DNA from: Vicugna vicugna
Taxonomy: Eukaryota
Length of the DNA: 64,000 nucleotides
Direction: 5' to 3'
Assembly: GCA_013265495.1 (NCBI GenBank)
Contig: MU058584.1
Location: forward strand, 966,616 to 1,030,615
A program made the position numbers and the translations under genes. A model generated the notes under the pieces. That model saw only the letters and a list, made by a program, of their open reading frames with translations, ran no database searches and was not told where the DNA came from. Positions 1-11,562 of this stretch are shown in pieces. Position 1 is the first letter of the stretch. Each line of letters starts with the position of its first letter.

Positions 1-49
1 TTTAGTCTCTGTACCCAATGCCTCACCTTCCTTCTTCCCTTCTTCTCTT

Positions 50-300
50 AAATCCATTCAATCAGACTTTCACTCTTACCACTCTACCAAAACAGTTCTG
101 ATCACTGACAACATGACCTTTATTGCTACTTGCAATGATCTTCATTTCACTCAACCCATCAGTAGCAGCTGACACAGCTGATCATTTCTACCCTTAGCTT
201 CCAGGACATGACGCTTCCTGATTTCCCTTCTGCCTTTCCGGTTATTCTTTCTCAAGTTCCTGCTCCTCCTGGATGCCTAAATATCAGAGATCTCTAGGGT
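50..300 (+). mobile_element. Degraded L2 LINE fragment (ORF2/RT region)
   Basis: ccattcaatcagactttcactcttaccactctaccaaaacagttctg reads as a decayed L2 RT motif (consensus-like QSGFRPxHSTETAL). Boundaries approximate. Confidence 0.6.
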
Positions 301-399
301 GCAATTTTTAGTCCTTGTTCTTACATACGCCTTTAGATCCACACTGCTTCTTTCTCCATTCCGCTCTGTGGCTAGAGACACTGGCATGACAAACGATCT

Positions 400-630
400 A
401 CCAGATTCCCTTGCCATCGTGGCTTCCAGTTGGCTTTGTCCCTTGGAAGGAGGAGGAGGAGATGGCAAGGTGGGTAAAAGGGAGACTGCAGTTTTTCTTC
501 CTTGGATGTCCCTCGCTGGGCCAAGATTGGGAAGAGGCTGTGCTCCACTGAAAGTCACACCTTCAGCAGGTGCACCTCATAGCCATAGCTACAGCTGTAG
601 CTCTCTCTGGGTTTTGGTATCTGCTCTCTC
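400..630. mobile_element. Ancient ERVL-class LTR fragment (LTR33-like)
   Basis: gcttccagttggctttg...gctgtgctccactgaaagtcacac resembles the LTR33 consensus as recalled. Family and strand uncertain. Confidence 0.4.
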
Positions 631-642
631 TTGCTTTTACTT

Positions 643-727
643 AGGAAATCCCAAGGGTTTTAGGGACTCTGCACCAGGAATGAGGACGAAGACCAAATAC
701 ATATTTATTACACATCACAGTATCACA
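643..727 (-). mobile_element. MER21-like LTR terminal fragment
   Basis: Reverse complement reads tgtgatactgtgatgtgtaataaatatgtatttggtcttcgtcc, matching the MER21 start and the copy at 50149 in this window. Confidence 0.65.
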
Positions 728-1604
728 TCGACATGGCTAAAAGTGAACTTGTTTTCAAGATACGGTTTTGTTTGTTGTTTGTTCTCAGACTTGAGAGCTA
801 GAACCTCTCCTTTGTCATCATGACCATCCATCTCAGCTTATCTGGACATCATCCTGCAGTGCTTTGAAATCTAATTTCAGCCTTGAGGACATCCAGCACA
901 GCGAAGGCCGGGAACCTTGCAACCCTTCCAAATATACCACTGACTTTCTGAGTGTGGCTTTCAATAGGGCCTTCCACCAGCCCACCTTGGTGAAATGAAA
1001 ATGGCAGGGAAGGGGTTATTTTATTATCATTTAGTTCCTGATTATAAGACCGACCACCAAAACAATTGCTGTAGTTTCAGAAAGTTCTTGGGCAAGCCAC
1101 TTGAGCAAGATGGCTGTGAGGGCAACATGGGATGCAAATGTTGCTACTTGGCATGGAAGAACATGTCAGAGCAACGACTAGGGGGTTCATGGCTCTCTAC
1201 ATACGTGTAGCTCATTTGCACGCATTCGGAAGCTCTCTGGGCATCATTTATCTAATGAATGCTATAAAGTAACAGACCTCTGCTGTGCAGCTGTCCTGGG
1301 CTCTTTATCTGAATTACCTCATAGGCTTGTGACATAGCTCTGATAGCTCCCTCTTCTGGGAGACCTGCCAGCCCTTCTGTTTATGAGAAGTAAAGCTTGG
1401 TAAAGGATGGAGCTAGGACCATGAGAGAGAACACATCTTTAAACTCCTGGTAATTCCTAGAGAAGCCCTATCTTGCTGAACTCTTTCCATCCATAACGTT
1501 TAATTTTCTTCCTCTACATGTTTAATGCCCTCCTTTTTAATCCAAATTTTACTCTCATTTTCCTTTAAGACTCGAGCTATATTTGTTTTTGCTTTTATTT
1601 CCAG

Positions 1605-1772
1605 ATGGACCTGGATGAAGATACTGCTGAAAAAAAAATTTTTTTTAACCAAATTTGCCAGAACTTGAAAAACATATTAGGGCAAGTAGTCGAGTCTAAG
1701 CTGGAGACGGTGCTCCCTGAAACACGATCACCTCCCACTCGCATGCCGAGAGTGGCTACATTGTCCTTGTGA
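1605..1772 (+). pseudogene. HSD17B7: HSD17B7 terminal-exon homolog, frameshifted (degenerate duplicate or altered last exon of 3-keto-steroid reductase)
   Basis: Good acceptor (tttgtttttgcttttatttccag, AG at 1603-1604) followed by MDLDEDTAEK. LPELEKHIR lies in a different frame (1655-1681). Together these match the human C-terminus MDLDEDTAEKFYQKLLELEKHIR. The spliced frame stops at TGA 1770-1772; the ancestral frame stops at TAA 1697-1699. Syntenic with CCDC190. No upstream exons are seen in the window. Confidence 0.75.
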
Positions 1773-2730
1773 GCACTGGTGGCGAACCACCCTCTGAGAC
1801 CACGGGGACACCTTCCTTTCTGAGCCATTGTTTAAGGAGACCTCTGTGTGTGTGCCGTCTAAAGAAAGTGAGGGAAATCCTTTGAGAAAAATATTCAAAT
1901 ATGAATGCTTACACATATTCTACATCTGTCTGATCTTTTATTAATAATATTAAAATACCTATTGGAATTATTAATTATTCTGCCCATGCTTTCCTACATC
2001 CTGGAGCCGGAGCTAACGGGGAGATAGGCGGAGGACTCAGGGACATCTCTTCAGGCAAGTGCTTGTCCACTTCCTGTCAGTCTCTCCACCTGCTGTGAGA
2101 TGTTTCCGTCACTCCGTTTGGCAGGTTTTGTGCTTTGCTTTTGAACACGCTCTCTGTGCCTTTTGCCTCATTTCTTTTTGCCTCAATATGAACAAACAGT
2201 CCTCAGCCAGAGCGATCAAAGATTTCCCAATGGTGAGTTGCATAATTAAATATCTCTTTTTATGGCTTGCATACATTTTCTCTTTAACACACACTTTTGA
2301 AATAATGTTTTATTAATAATAATTTTGAGTTGAGAGAGTCCGTGCTGGTATGGGGTTGATTCCAAGCAGCACGTGTTAAGTGTGCTTGGAGTCTCTATGT
2401 GTATTTCTTACGTGTTTTTCTTTAATGGGGAAGGTTTCTTTACTACTCGCTTTTGTGCCACATTTTTAATGGAATTACACTTGAGCGGTTCAAACTAATT
2501 GAACTAATTACATTAAATTCCATTTACAGTTTCTAATTGATCGATACCTACCATTTGGACACAGCAGCGACACGTGAACAACTGTAAGAGGTGGGAAGGC
2601 GGGAGATCTGGGGTACAGTTCCTATTACATCTAGTTAGGCGAAATCTTTCCTCCTGGAGGATTCAAGTGGGCGACATCTCAAGCCGTGTTTGAGATGAGG
2701 ACCGTATGACAAATAACTGCGTTCCTTGTA

Positions 2731-3164
2731 CAGGCACACCTCACTTTACTGTGCTTTGTAGACACTGCGTTTTTACAAATTGTAGGTTTGTGACCACCCT
2801 GCGTTGAGCAAGTCTATCGGTACATTTGCTCACTTTCTGCCCGTGTCACCTTTTGGTAATTCTTGAAATATTTCAGACTTTCCCATCACTGTATATCTGT
2901 TATGGTGATCTGTGATCAGTGATCTTCAACGTTACTATTGCAATAGTAGCCTTGGCATTATTTAGAAATAAAGTATTTTGAAATAAAGGTACATACATTT
3001 TTTTAGACATAATGCTATTGTACACTTAATGGATTACAATATAGTGTAAATCTAACTTTTATCTGCATGGGAAGCCAGATACTTCGTGTGACTCCCTTTA
3101 TTTCTGTATTCAATTCATTGGGGTGATCGGGAACTGAACCTGAGATATCTCTCATGTGTGACTG
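2731..3164 (+). mobile_element. Internally deleted Tigger1-family DNA transposon (non-autonomous)
   Basis: Starts caggcacacctc and ends gatatctctcatgtgtgactg, with TA on both sides (2729-2730, 3165-3166). Both Tigger1 terminal regions are joined in ~430 bp. Confidence 0.85.
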
Positions 3165-4399
3165 TAGTAAATATTTTTCTTAGCACAGTTGTTTCTCCAT
3201 ATAGATTAGATTGAGAAATCTCAACTTGGTGAGGTATAAACATGGTATGGATATCATTTTTCTCCCAGTAACTGCCACTAACTTTGCTTAATACTCTCTC
3301 AGTCAGATCCAATAGCTTCCAGTCACTTCTCTTTTGAAAGTTTAATTTCTGGGAGATATTCTTTTAGCCACATTTAGGTACTATTATTTATGATCCTGGT
3401 CTGGTATTAATGTCCCTCTTCCCCACCCCAGTGGCCCTCCTGCTCTAATGCAGCTTGTTTCTGGCTGAGGAGTGAGGTCTGGCCTCCCCTCTCTTGCTCC
3501 TTCTGCCCTCAGTGGCCCCAAGTGGTGATGGGGTGAAGGAGGGAGGTGGCTCACGAAACAGTTCACACACCTTAGGCTGTCCTCTGTTTGTCAGTGGTAC
3601 CTGGTTATGCCGGCTTTGTGGGTGATGGAGCGCTGTTGACTTCTCTTTGGACTGGACCTAGGCTTCCACTGCCCTGGTGCTTCTGGTGTGGGGGCAATGC
3701 CCTCCCCCGAGTACAGGTCCCCTGACCCTGCCTTCAGGGCTGTTTTGCCCTCAGAGGCGCTGGTCCCTCCAGCTACTGCTAACAGCTTACCCAGTCTCAC
3801 CCCCACACTGAGGATGGTGGGAATCTGCCCGGTCCCCGGGACAGACTCCGGACCTTGGGACCTGGGGGAGAGGCTGAGCCACCACCTCTGAGAGGTCCCA
3901 GATGCTCCTGCCTCCAGGTGAAAGGCGGACTCCCTCCCATTGGGTGGGTTCAGGTTAACCCTCGTGCGGAAGTGAATGAAGACACTGTCTCTCCTCAGTA
4001 ATCTCAGAATAGTGAATGAATGTAATTTAAAAATGTCATGTTCTTTCAAAATTGAAGTATGAATTTTCCCTTTTTACTACTTCTTTTTAATTTTTATGGT
4101 TAAAGATTTTTATTTATAGGGTTGAAAACTATGTCATAGCTGAAAATGGAGGCATAAGCTGTTGAACGTCATGCGGTCCCTGCCTCTCTTTGAGTGAGAT
4201 GGGCAGTACAGGAAAGCAGTATTCTGGCCTTTGTTTCTCACTCAGATTCTTGTATGGAGAGAGCCATTTTACTTACTATGAGCCTCAATTTTTTTTTCTG
4301 TCAAATGAGAGCAATTATCTCATTGATTTCCTATCTCAGAGGGTTTTGCAAAGATTTAGTGCAATGGGATGTAAGTCGAGTCTTTTAACTCCCTCACCT

Positions 4400-4480
4400 G
4401 GGTTATAACAACCAAAAATGCCTCTGGACATAGTCAAATGTCTTTTGGGGAGCACATTTATCCTCAGTTGGGACCTCTGG
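4400..4480 (-). mobile_element. MER20 (hAT-Charlie) fragment next to a MIR fragment
   Basis: acaaccaaaaatgcctctggacatagtcaaatgtc...gttgggacctctg is the reverse complement of the MER20 left end. Confidence 0.65.
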
Positions 4481-5529
4481 CATGAATGAATGACTGTAAG
4501 CTGATTGGGTGAGAGCCATTCTAGAGCTCAGGATGGTCTGAAGATGAAGAGTTTACACAGTTCTTTAGAATTTAATGGGTTGGGTCAAGCAGGACTCCAT
4601 GCAGCCACTTCCCCTTGGGTTGTGTTGAGTTGTATCCATAAAAGTATGTATCCATTGTCACGAAGAAGGAGAATGTATTAGATTAAATGATAAGAATAAA
4701 ATCTGTGCAGTTAGAAGATCTGTAAATGCACACTTTTGTGGCAATGCAGGAAATGTCACTCGAAATAGAATGTGTACAATTTGGGGGTTAAAAGTACAGG
4801 CAGCCCTGGGTCCATCAGAAACATGAAGATACAGGCATGATAACAAGGAGGAACGTGCAGAATGTGTGTTTCTCAGGTTCCCAAGAATGTGCTGCATTTG
4901 GAACAGGGGTGGTTTAATCAAGCGGTGCAGAGGGCGAGGCCGAGGCCACGTCCTTGTTGCCTGGGTGATGGCCGTGAAGTTACGGCCAGCCCAGAAAAAA
5001 GACTCATTTACAAGTGGGGTGAATCCTCTGGGGAAGTCATCCTTGGCGGGAGGGGGGATTGCTTGTAATGGAGATAGACAAGGAGAAAGAACACATCACA
5101 GAGGGCTCGGGAAGTTTGCAAACGAAGTTCTCCACCCTGGGAGTCCCTGCTCTGCCAGCCCGGTCACGGCTGGGGTAAGTAAGTTAGAGATCCACCAGTC
5201 AGTTTTGTCGCCCCTGGCCTGCCTTCCCGCACTGCTTCGCTTCTTGGAAGAAAACGTTCTAGGGAGCACACTTCTTGTAAATTGTTCATTATTCTTTTAT
5301 TAGGATCCAAACAGTTTGAAAAGAGCAGGTTGAAAGTGGGAATGAGAAAACCGAAATGGAGCTCCCTGGAAAGGAAAGGAGGAAGGAGAGGGCGTCAACA
5401 AGGAGCACAGAGCTGTGGCAGGAGGGTGGGGTTATTTACAGACCACGTGATAGTACTCATCTTCAACTGAGCTCCTATTCTTACTTTCAGATGTGAAGTT
5501 AAAACAAACAGAAGAGCTATGCCATTTTG

Positions 5530-5543
5530 CCAGCAGGTGGCAA
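5530..5543 (+). promoter_or_regulatory. Candidate CTCF binding motif
   Basis: CCAGCAGGTGGCAA fits the core consensus CCASYAGRKGGCR. Motif match only. Confidence 0.5.
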
Positions 5544-5942
5544 CATAAGAATCTCCTACAAGAAAAGGCTTGCAAAAGTAAGCAAGCCCCTTATTTTTCC
5601 TTTACGACAAAGTCTAGGCATCAGAGTAGTTCCCTTTTTGATGACATCAGCAACAGGTGCACACTGCTTAGCACGGTTTCGAAAGATTCACCTCTCTCTT
5701 CACTTTCCATACTAGTGTTGCTCATTCAGTGAAAGATTATATTCCCATAAGGAAAATAAAAACTAGGGTTTAAAATAAAATATATATATATGTATGTATA
5801 TTTGTATTGCTTCCTACCATTGCTTGAGAAACACATTTTCTTTAGTGATTATGACGTGTGTTGTTGTGAGATTATATGGGATGATTGGAGAGGAAGTAAT
5901 TTAGGTGGTCACCCTGTTCTCACGCCCCTTTTCTGCTCTGGA

Positions 5943-6471
5943 CTATGAGGATTCCTTGTGCCCAAAGATCTCCCGGATGCTAAGCAATCTCTCAGACTCG
6001 GGAGGGACCCTGTGCCGGAGGTAATGGGCGTTTCTGGCCTTTGCAAACAACTCTAAGTAGGTTGACAATGGGGGCTCGCCTTTGAAGTTTCCTGTACACT
6101 CCGCGGGATCTGGGGGTTTCCATTTCCCAGTGTTGTGGTCTGGCCTTATGCTGGCATCATTTGATCTGGTCTCTTCTCCACACACCATTCCATTATCACC
6201 AGCTGGGCTGGAACCGGGGCCTCGGTCTACGGTGTGAGTGGAGACTTCTTGATCTTGACACAGAGGAGAGACGCCCTTGTCGGAGTCTTGAGCTTTTGGT
6301 GGGTTTATAGAATCTTTCTCTTGGGCTTGTGGCTTCTCTTCCATGAAGTGAGACATTGTGTTATTTTGAGGTAGTGATTGCCTTTTGCATTTCGTGGGAC
6401 CAATGTGATGGGAAAGAGGCACCTGGGACTTGGTTTTGTATATTTCTTGGGTCATCTCGGTTGTCGGTGCT
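5943..6471 (-). CDS. CCDC190: CCDC190 coiled-coil domain-containing protein 190, last coding exon
   Basis: Acceptor cttttttccttttccctcctttcccag (AG at 6473-6472), phase 2. Encodes (R)APTTEMTQE...[32 protein letters not shown], matching the human CCDC190 C-terminal block. Stop TAG at 5945-5943. Confidence 0.93.
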
Positions 6472-6757
6472 CTGGGAAAGGAGGGAAAAGGAAAAAAGAT
6501 CTCTGAAAACCCATGAAGAGGCTCATATTAAAAATTTCAAGTTTTTAGACCGTGGCCCTCTTCAGGGCAGTATTGAGTGTGGTCATAAAGTGGGTGGGAA
6601 GAGGGTGAAGGTGAAAATGGGCAGCAACAATGCCAGGAAATGGCTCTTTCCTTAAGAAGGAGAGGCAGCATTTTCTCAGGGCAAGGACAATTTAAAGAGG
6701 TCATCTGGGAAAAGGGGTTCAATGCCGTCAGCGTGAGTTTAGTAAGTGTTTTCTTAC

Positions 6758-6881
6758 CTAACTTTATTAGCCTGTGGAACTCTGTGCTTCTGCCCTCCCT
6801 GTGGTGAGAACACCAGAACATCTTCTGGTCTCTTCTGACACCCGTTGCCAAAGTAAGAGGAGAACCTTTTCTTGATGACAT
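6758..6881 (-). CDS. CCDC190: CCDC190, middle coding exon (124 nt)
   Basis: cag acceptor and AG|GTAAGA donor. Phase 1 in and phase 2 out fit both neighbouring exons. Encodes [42 protein letters not shown], similar to human [26 protein letters not shown]. Not in the frame listed in the ORF track. Confidence 0.92.
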
Positions 6882-6903
6882 CTGTTTTGAGTTAATTAAC
6901 AAG

Positions 6904-7326
6904 TGTTATGAGTTGAATTGTGGTTTTTTCCCCGCCCCAAATGTCACATGTTGAAGTCTTAATCCCCAGGACCTCAGAATGTGACCTTGTTTGGAGATAG
7001 TGCCTTTACAGAGATAATCAAGTTACAATGATGTCATTAGGGTGAGCCCTAATCCAGTGTGACAGGTGCCTTTATAATAAAGAGAAATTTGGACACAGAG
7101 ACATCAATAGAGGAAAGGTGATGGGAAGAGACTCAGGGACAAGATGGCCATCTACAAGTCCAAGAGAGGCGCCTGGGGCAGACCCTTCCCTCAGCCTCAG
7201 AAGGAACCAACCCTGTCAATACCTTGATTTGGGACTTCAAGCCTACGGAACCGTGAGAATGCATTTCTGCTGAATGAGCCACCTAGTTTGTGGTACTTGT
7301 TACGGCAGCCCTAACGAACTAATACA
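6904..7326 (+). mobile_element. MLT1B-like MaLR solo LTR in a CCDC190 intron
   Basis: TGTTATGAGTTGAATTGTG...CTAATACA termini, typical internal motifs (gacctcagaatgtgacc, ctcagaaggaaccaaccctg), and near-perfect 5-bp TSD acaag/gcaag. Confidence 0.88.
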
Positions 7327-8010
7327 GCAAGAGAGGAAGGAAAAGGATGCTGGAAACTGGTTCCCTCGGCAGAGAACCAGGGTATGAATGCCACTGGCTC
7401 ACATGACAGAGTAGGCTGATCTGGCATGATGAATGCAAACAGAAAAACCTAAAGCAGTTTCCCAATGTTTGCCTAGAATGCATTAGCAAGGATTTAGAAA
7501 CACTGGGGTCAGAGATTTAAACTGGCTCAGGCCCACGGAGGTTTTGTTTGAATTCTGTTTGTTTTATTTGGTGAGCATGGTATTTTCAAAACAAAGTGGG
7601 TGTGAGCCATACCTTGAGCCGGTGGCCTATTGCTTCATTCACCTCAAGTATACGACCTCCTACCCACCCGAGCCGTGAGTTGTAACTGCTGGCCGTTAGT
7701 AAGCGGGGTTCTCCCTCTTTGATTTAGTGTGTCAGCGTCTTGTAGGCACAGCTGCTGTAGAAAACCCAGGTTGTTTCCAAGACATCTCACGAGTTGGTCA
7801 TTTGGGCTTGAAAGTTTTGCACTAATTTGCTCTAAAGGGAGCGAGTTCCTTAAATCTGCAAGTGGTTAGCAGATACCAACAGAGGGAAATGACCAGATCA
7901 AACGCCTAGAATTCACACTAAGCTCCTAGTACTCTTTCATCTAACCACTTCTTCGTGAGATGGTCAAGGCGAGAGATGGTCCTTTTTGGACTCTTCCGTT
8001 GTCTTCTTGA

Positions 8011-8078
8011 GTGTGTGCGTGTGCGTGTGCGTGTGTGTGTTGAGTTTCTGTGTGTGTGTCTGTTGTCTGTCTGTGTGT
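8011..8078. repeat. Imperfect (TG)n/(TGCG)n microsatellite
   Basis: Directly visible. Confidence 0.85.
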
Positions 8079-8439
8079 CGGTCTTTTCCACGTGAAAGCT
8101 TCATCTAACTCCTATAAACTAAGAGACTTTGGGGTACTCCTTCCAGCCTTCACTCTTTTGCATTTTAGATCTGTAGCGCCAACAGGTTCAGAAACGTGTG
8201 TGTGTTTTCTCTGAACCTTCGTCTTTCCCCAGTGCTCCCTCTCTGAAAGCACGGTGCCTGTATCCATCCAGTTACCCAATTTAACAACACCGCTTGAGTG
8301 TCTACTTTGTGCCAGGCAGAGTATGCTTGACTCTGGTTCTCTTTACCCTTGAACATGAAACTAGTCATACAGCTCTGATAATTCCACTTTCTAAACACCT
8401 CAAGGTGCTGGTCCGCTCAAGATGCAATTTCACTTTCTA

Positions 8440-9130
8440 ATTATCTCAAGATACTCATTTTTTTTCACTTGGGTAATAACCTCGTTTAGGCCTCTAACCT
8501 GTGGCCTGAACTCTGGAATTCTCCTATCTGGTGAACCCTTCACAGTGCAGCTGGAGCGACCCTTCTAACATTTGGACGTGTAATCTCCCCACGCCCAAAC
8601 CCTATAGGGTGAAATCTAAACTCCTTTGCAAGACCTATGAAGCCGATTGTGACTGGAGTTACTGCCTGTGCTGCTTTGCCTTAAAACATGGCACCTACAC
8701 CTTCTCCTTACCCGACACACCTGCGGCACTGAGTGACTTACAGCATGTCATTCTCATGCAGGGCCCTTGGTACGCACTGTTCCATCTGCCAGGAGTGGCC
8801 TTGTTCCACATGCCTTCATGACAAACTGCCCACCACCTCCCTCCCCTGCTCACCTTCATCCTCTTCCTTCTCTAAGTGTCTGCTCACGCATTGCCCCTTT
8901 TAGGACATCTCACGGGAAGCCCTTTGATCGACGTACGAACCTTCTTAGCTCCTGTTCTACTTTGTAAACAACTCTAATTTAGCAATTAGAAATTTCTACT
9001 ATAATTTTTTCGCAAGTGCAGCGACCTTCCAATTTAAATGTGAGCACCTTGAGGGCACAGACCATGTTTTTTCATACTGCACTCCTGCATCTATCTGAGT
9101 TGCCATAATAGTGTTTTGTAAACTCTGTCC
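8440..9130 (+). mobile_element. L2 LINE 3' region fragment
   Basis: aaatctaaactcctttgcaagacc and gtgagcaccttgagggcacagaccatg are typical decayed L2 3' motifs. Boundaries approximate. Confidence 0.6.
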
Positions 9131-11375
9131 CACAAAACACCTGTCCCAGAATAATCTGCCTTAGTATCAGTTTGGTTAAAAAGTGTAGATTTTGAGCCTA
9201 ATTCCTAACCCACTGATCCAGATCTCTACAGGTGAAGACGGAGGATGTACATTTTAAACAATCCACCAACTGGCATATAGTTGAATCTCAATAACAATTT
9301 TGTTAAATGAATCATGGAAAAACATTGCCTTGTACAGTACCTGATAAATACTGAGACTTAATTCATACTTCTTCCTTCCTTCTCCCCTAATTTTACTGTC
9401 AAGAAGTTTGAGGCTCAGAGTGGATGTGACTATCCAAAAGACAGAGACAGGGGCCTCTGTCCTGAAAAGCATCCGCCTCCTGGTCCAGACACTTCTCATA
9501 CCACCTGTCACTGAGGCAAACTCTCTGGTCATCAAGGACAGCCACCCACCTCGAACCTGGTCTTTTGAACACCCCACTGAGAGTAGGTATCTGGTCCTCA
9601 GTATCCTTTTTTGAGAACGGAAGTGGGATTCCACCAATAGGCTTCTAAGATTCTTTTCCATTATGTGAGCTCTCGTTCTATTTGGGTCTAATCATTTATT
9701 ACAGACAGGGAAGTTGAAAGCAGAGAAGCTCAATTGCTTGCTCAGAGTCCTCTTCAAAGCATAAAGCTGGAGGTTAGAAATAATTTCAAGGCCGGTAAGC
9801 TGGATGTTACTCTTGGCTCTTGGGTCCATGTGTTAGCTGTGTAGACCTCAGTGACTTTATACTGAATTGTGACATCTGGCTTTCCTCTTGAACATGCTAC
9901 ATCATTTTCAGAGCTCTTGCACCTGCCTCAAGTAAGAAGGGACTGTAATTTTGAAGAGCTGAATTTTGAAATAATATTAAAATAGGATTATTTGAATTAC
10001 AGGAAAAGCAGACTAGTGTCTGTGAACTGGGTAACTATGGCAACTTTCAACAAAACAGTAGATGAGTTTCAAGTTTCAATCCTGTAGCGACCCACTGATT
10101 GACAAAAGCAAACAATTATACAGCACTTGTTTTGCATTTAGGAACTGTTCCAGGGCTCACTGAACCCTAAAATGACTTCACAAGGTAGGGAACGCCATTT
10201 GCCATTTCACTTTACGTTCAAGAAAACTGAGACAGAGGCAAGTCCAGTAGGCTGTCCAAGACCTCGCAGCTGGTGGTGGAGTCAGGATGTCGGCCTGACA
10301 ACCTGGGTCTGGAATCTGTGTTCTTAGCCCTCATGTTTTACTGGATGGTTAAAAAAAAGAAATCTTTGGATGGTCTGAGTGATGGACACCATCGTGTGGC
10401 CCTTCCTTTTGTGATGATCAGTAGCTACTAACTAGAAACTAGTTTTGAAGTCAGTAGCATTTCTCTTATTGTAACTACTTAACGGTATAGTCTATGTTAA
10501 GTGGACAGTCCTCTAAGTGACATGTACATTTAGAAAGGGTTATTCTTTGGCAACACAAGGTTTGACGGGAGGGAATTATTATAAGGAATAAGCTTTGCCT
10601 TATTATAAAGAACAAGCTCATGGCTTATGGGTAAAGAGGTGTCTTTGGGGAAAATGACAGAAATGTTCACCCTTTAGTTTAAGAAGACGAAGAAATCAGT
10701 GTACGAATGCACAGCAACTGCTTGTGCAAGGTTTTCTAAACTAAGCAAAATCTGCGGGCTTTAGTGTGAACACAAGGAGGGTAGTTGAGAAATTCGCCTC
10801 CTGCAGAAGAAAGGGTCTGATGCTCAGATGGGTGAACGTTGAAAACAACCAGGTGCTCCTTGTTCAGCCCTTTCTGAGGTCAGCCCTCCTTACACACTGC
10901 TCTCTGGTCGCTAATCCCAGGGAAATTTTTTTTTTCAACACTTCCCTTTCATAAGATGACTTGCATGTTAATAGTGACTCAATGAATGTTTGTTGACCAG
11001 GCATAGAAAAGAGCTGAAATCAAACCAACCCAGATAAAGCGAAAGGAAAGCAGAATGAAAATAAAATAAGAGAGTAGAAAACTAAGGCTTTAAGCCAGAG
11101 AGAGCTCATGTGAAAGACTGAAGTGACTGGGAGCCTGAGGACTGTTAGCTCAAGAAGGTTTGCCTGCGGGCTGCTCCAGGGAGCTGTGTAACCGAGGGAG
11201 GGACGTGGAAGGATGGGCAGCCTAGAATTCAGGCTGAGATCAGAAGTGCTCGCTTCCCTGGTGTCTAGGCATCCGAAAGGGCCCTCGCCAGGAGCCGAGG
11301 AGATCACTCTCACCTCAGCCGAGGATGGCATGCTGCCTGGCTCTGCCTCTCCTGGTCTGGTCCTGGGGTCCTTAC

Positions 11376-11562
11376 CTTGCTGCAACCTCTGCAGGTCTTT
11401 TTGGAGCTGCCTCTGCTCCCTGGTCAGCGACCTCACGTGGTACAGGCAGATGGCCTCTAGTCTCTGCAGTTTCTGGCTGAGTCTGGCTTCCGCCTGCTTG
11501 GCGTTCTTCCTCTCCAGATCGAAGTGCTTATTCAGTGGTCCCCTGACCATGTGCCTCTCCAT
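11376..11562 (-). CDS. CCDC190: CCDC190, first coding exon (187 coding nt)
   Basis: ATG at 11562 encodes [62 protein letters not shown], near-identical to the human N-terminus. Donor CAAG|GTAAGG with GT at 11375-11374. Confidence 0.95.

Noticed and set aside
299..823. 174-aa ORF
   Set aside because: Runs across L2, LTR33-like and MER21 fragments with no recognisable protein similarity.
6537..6902. 121-aa minus-strand ORF over the middle CCDC190 exon
   Set aside because: Wrong frame. The homologous, phase-compatible frame is [10 protein letters not shown]..., bounded by AG/GT.
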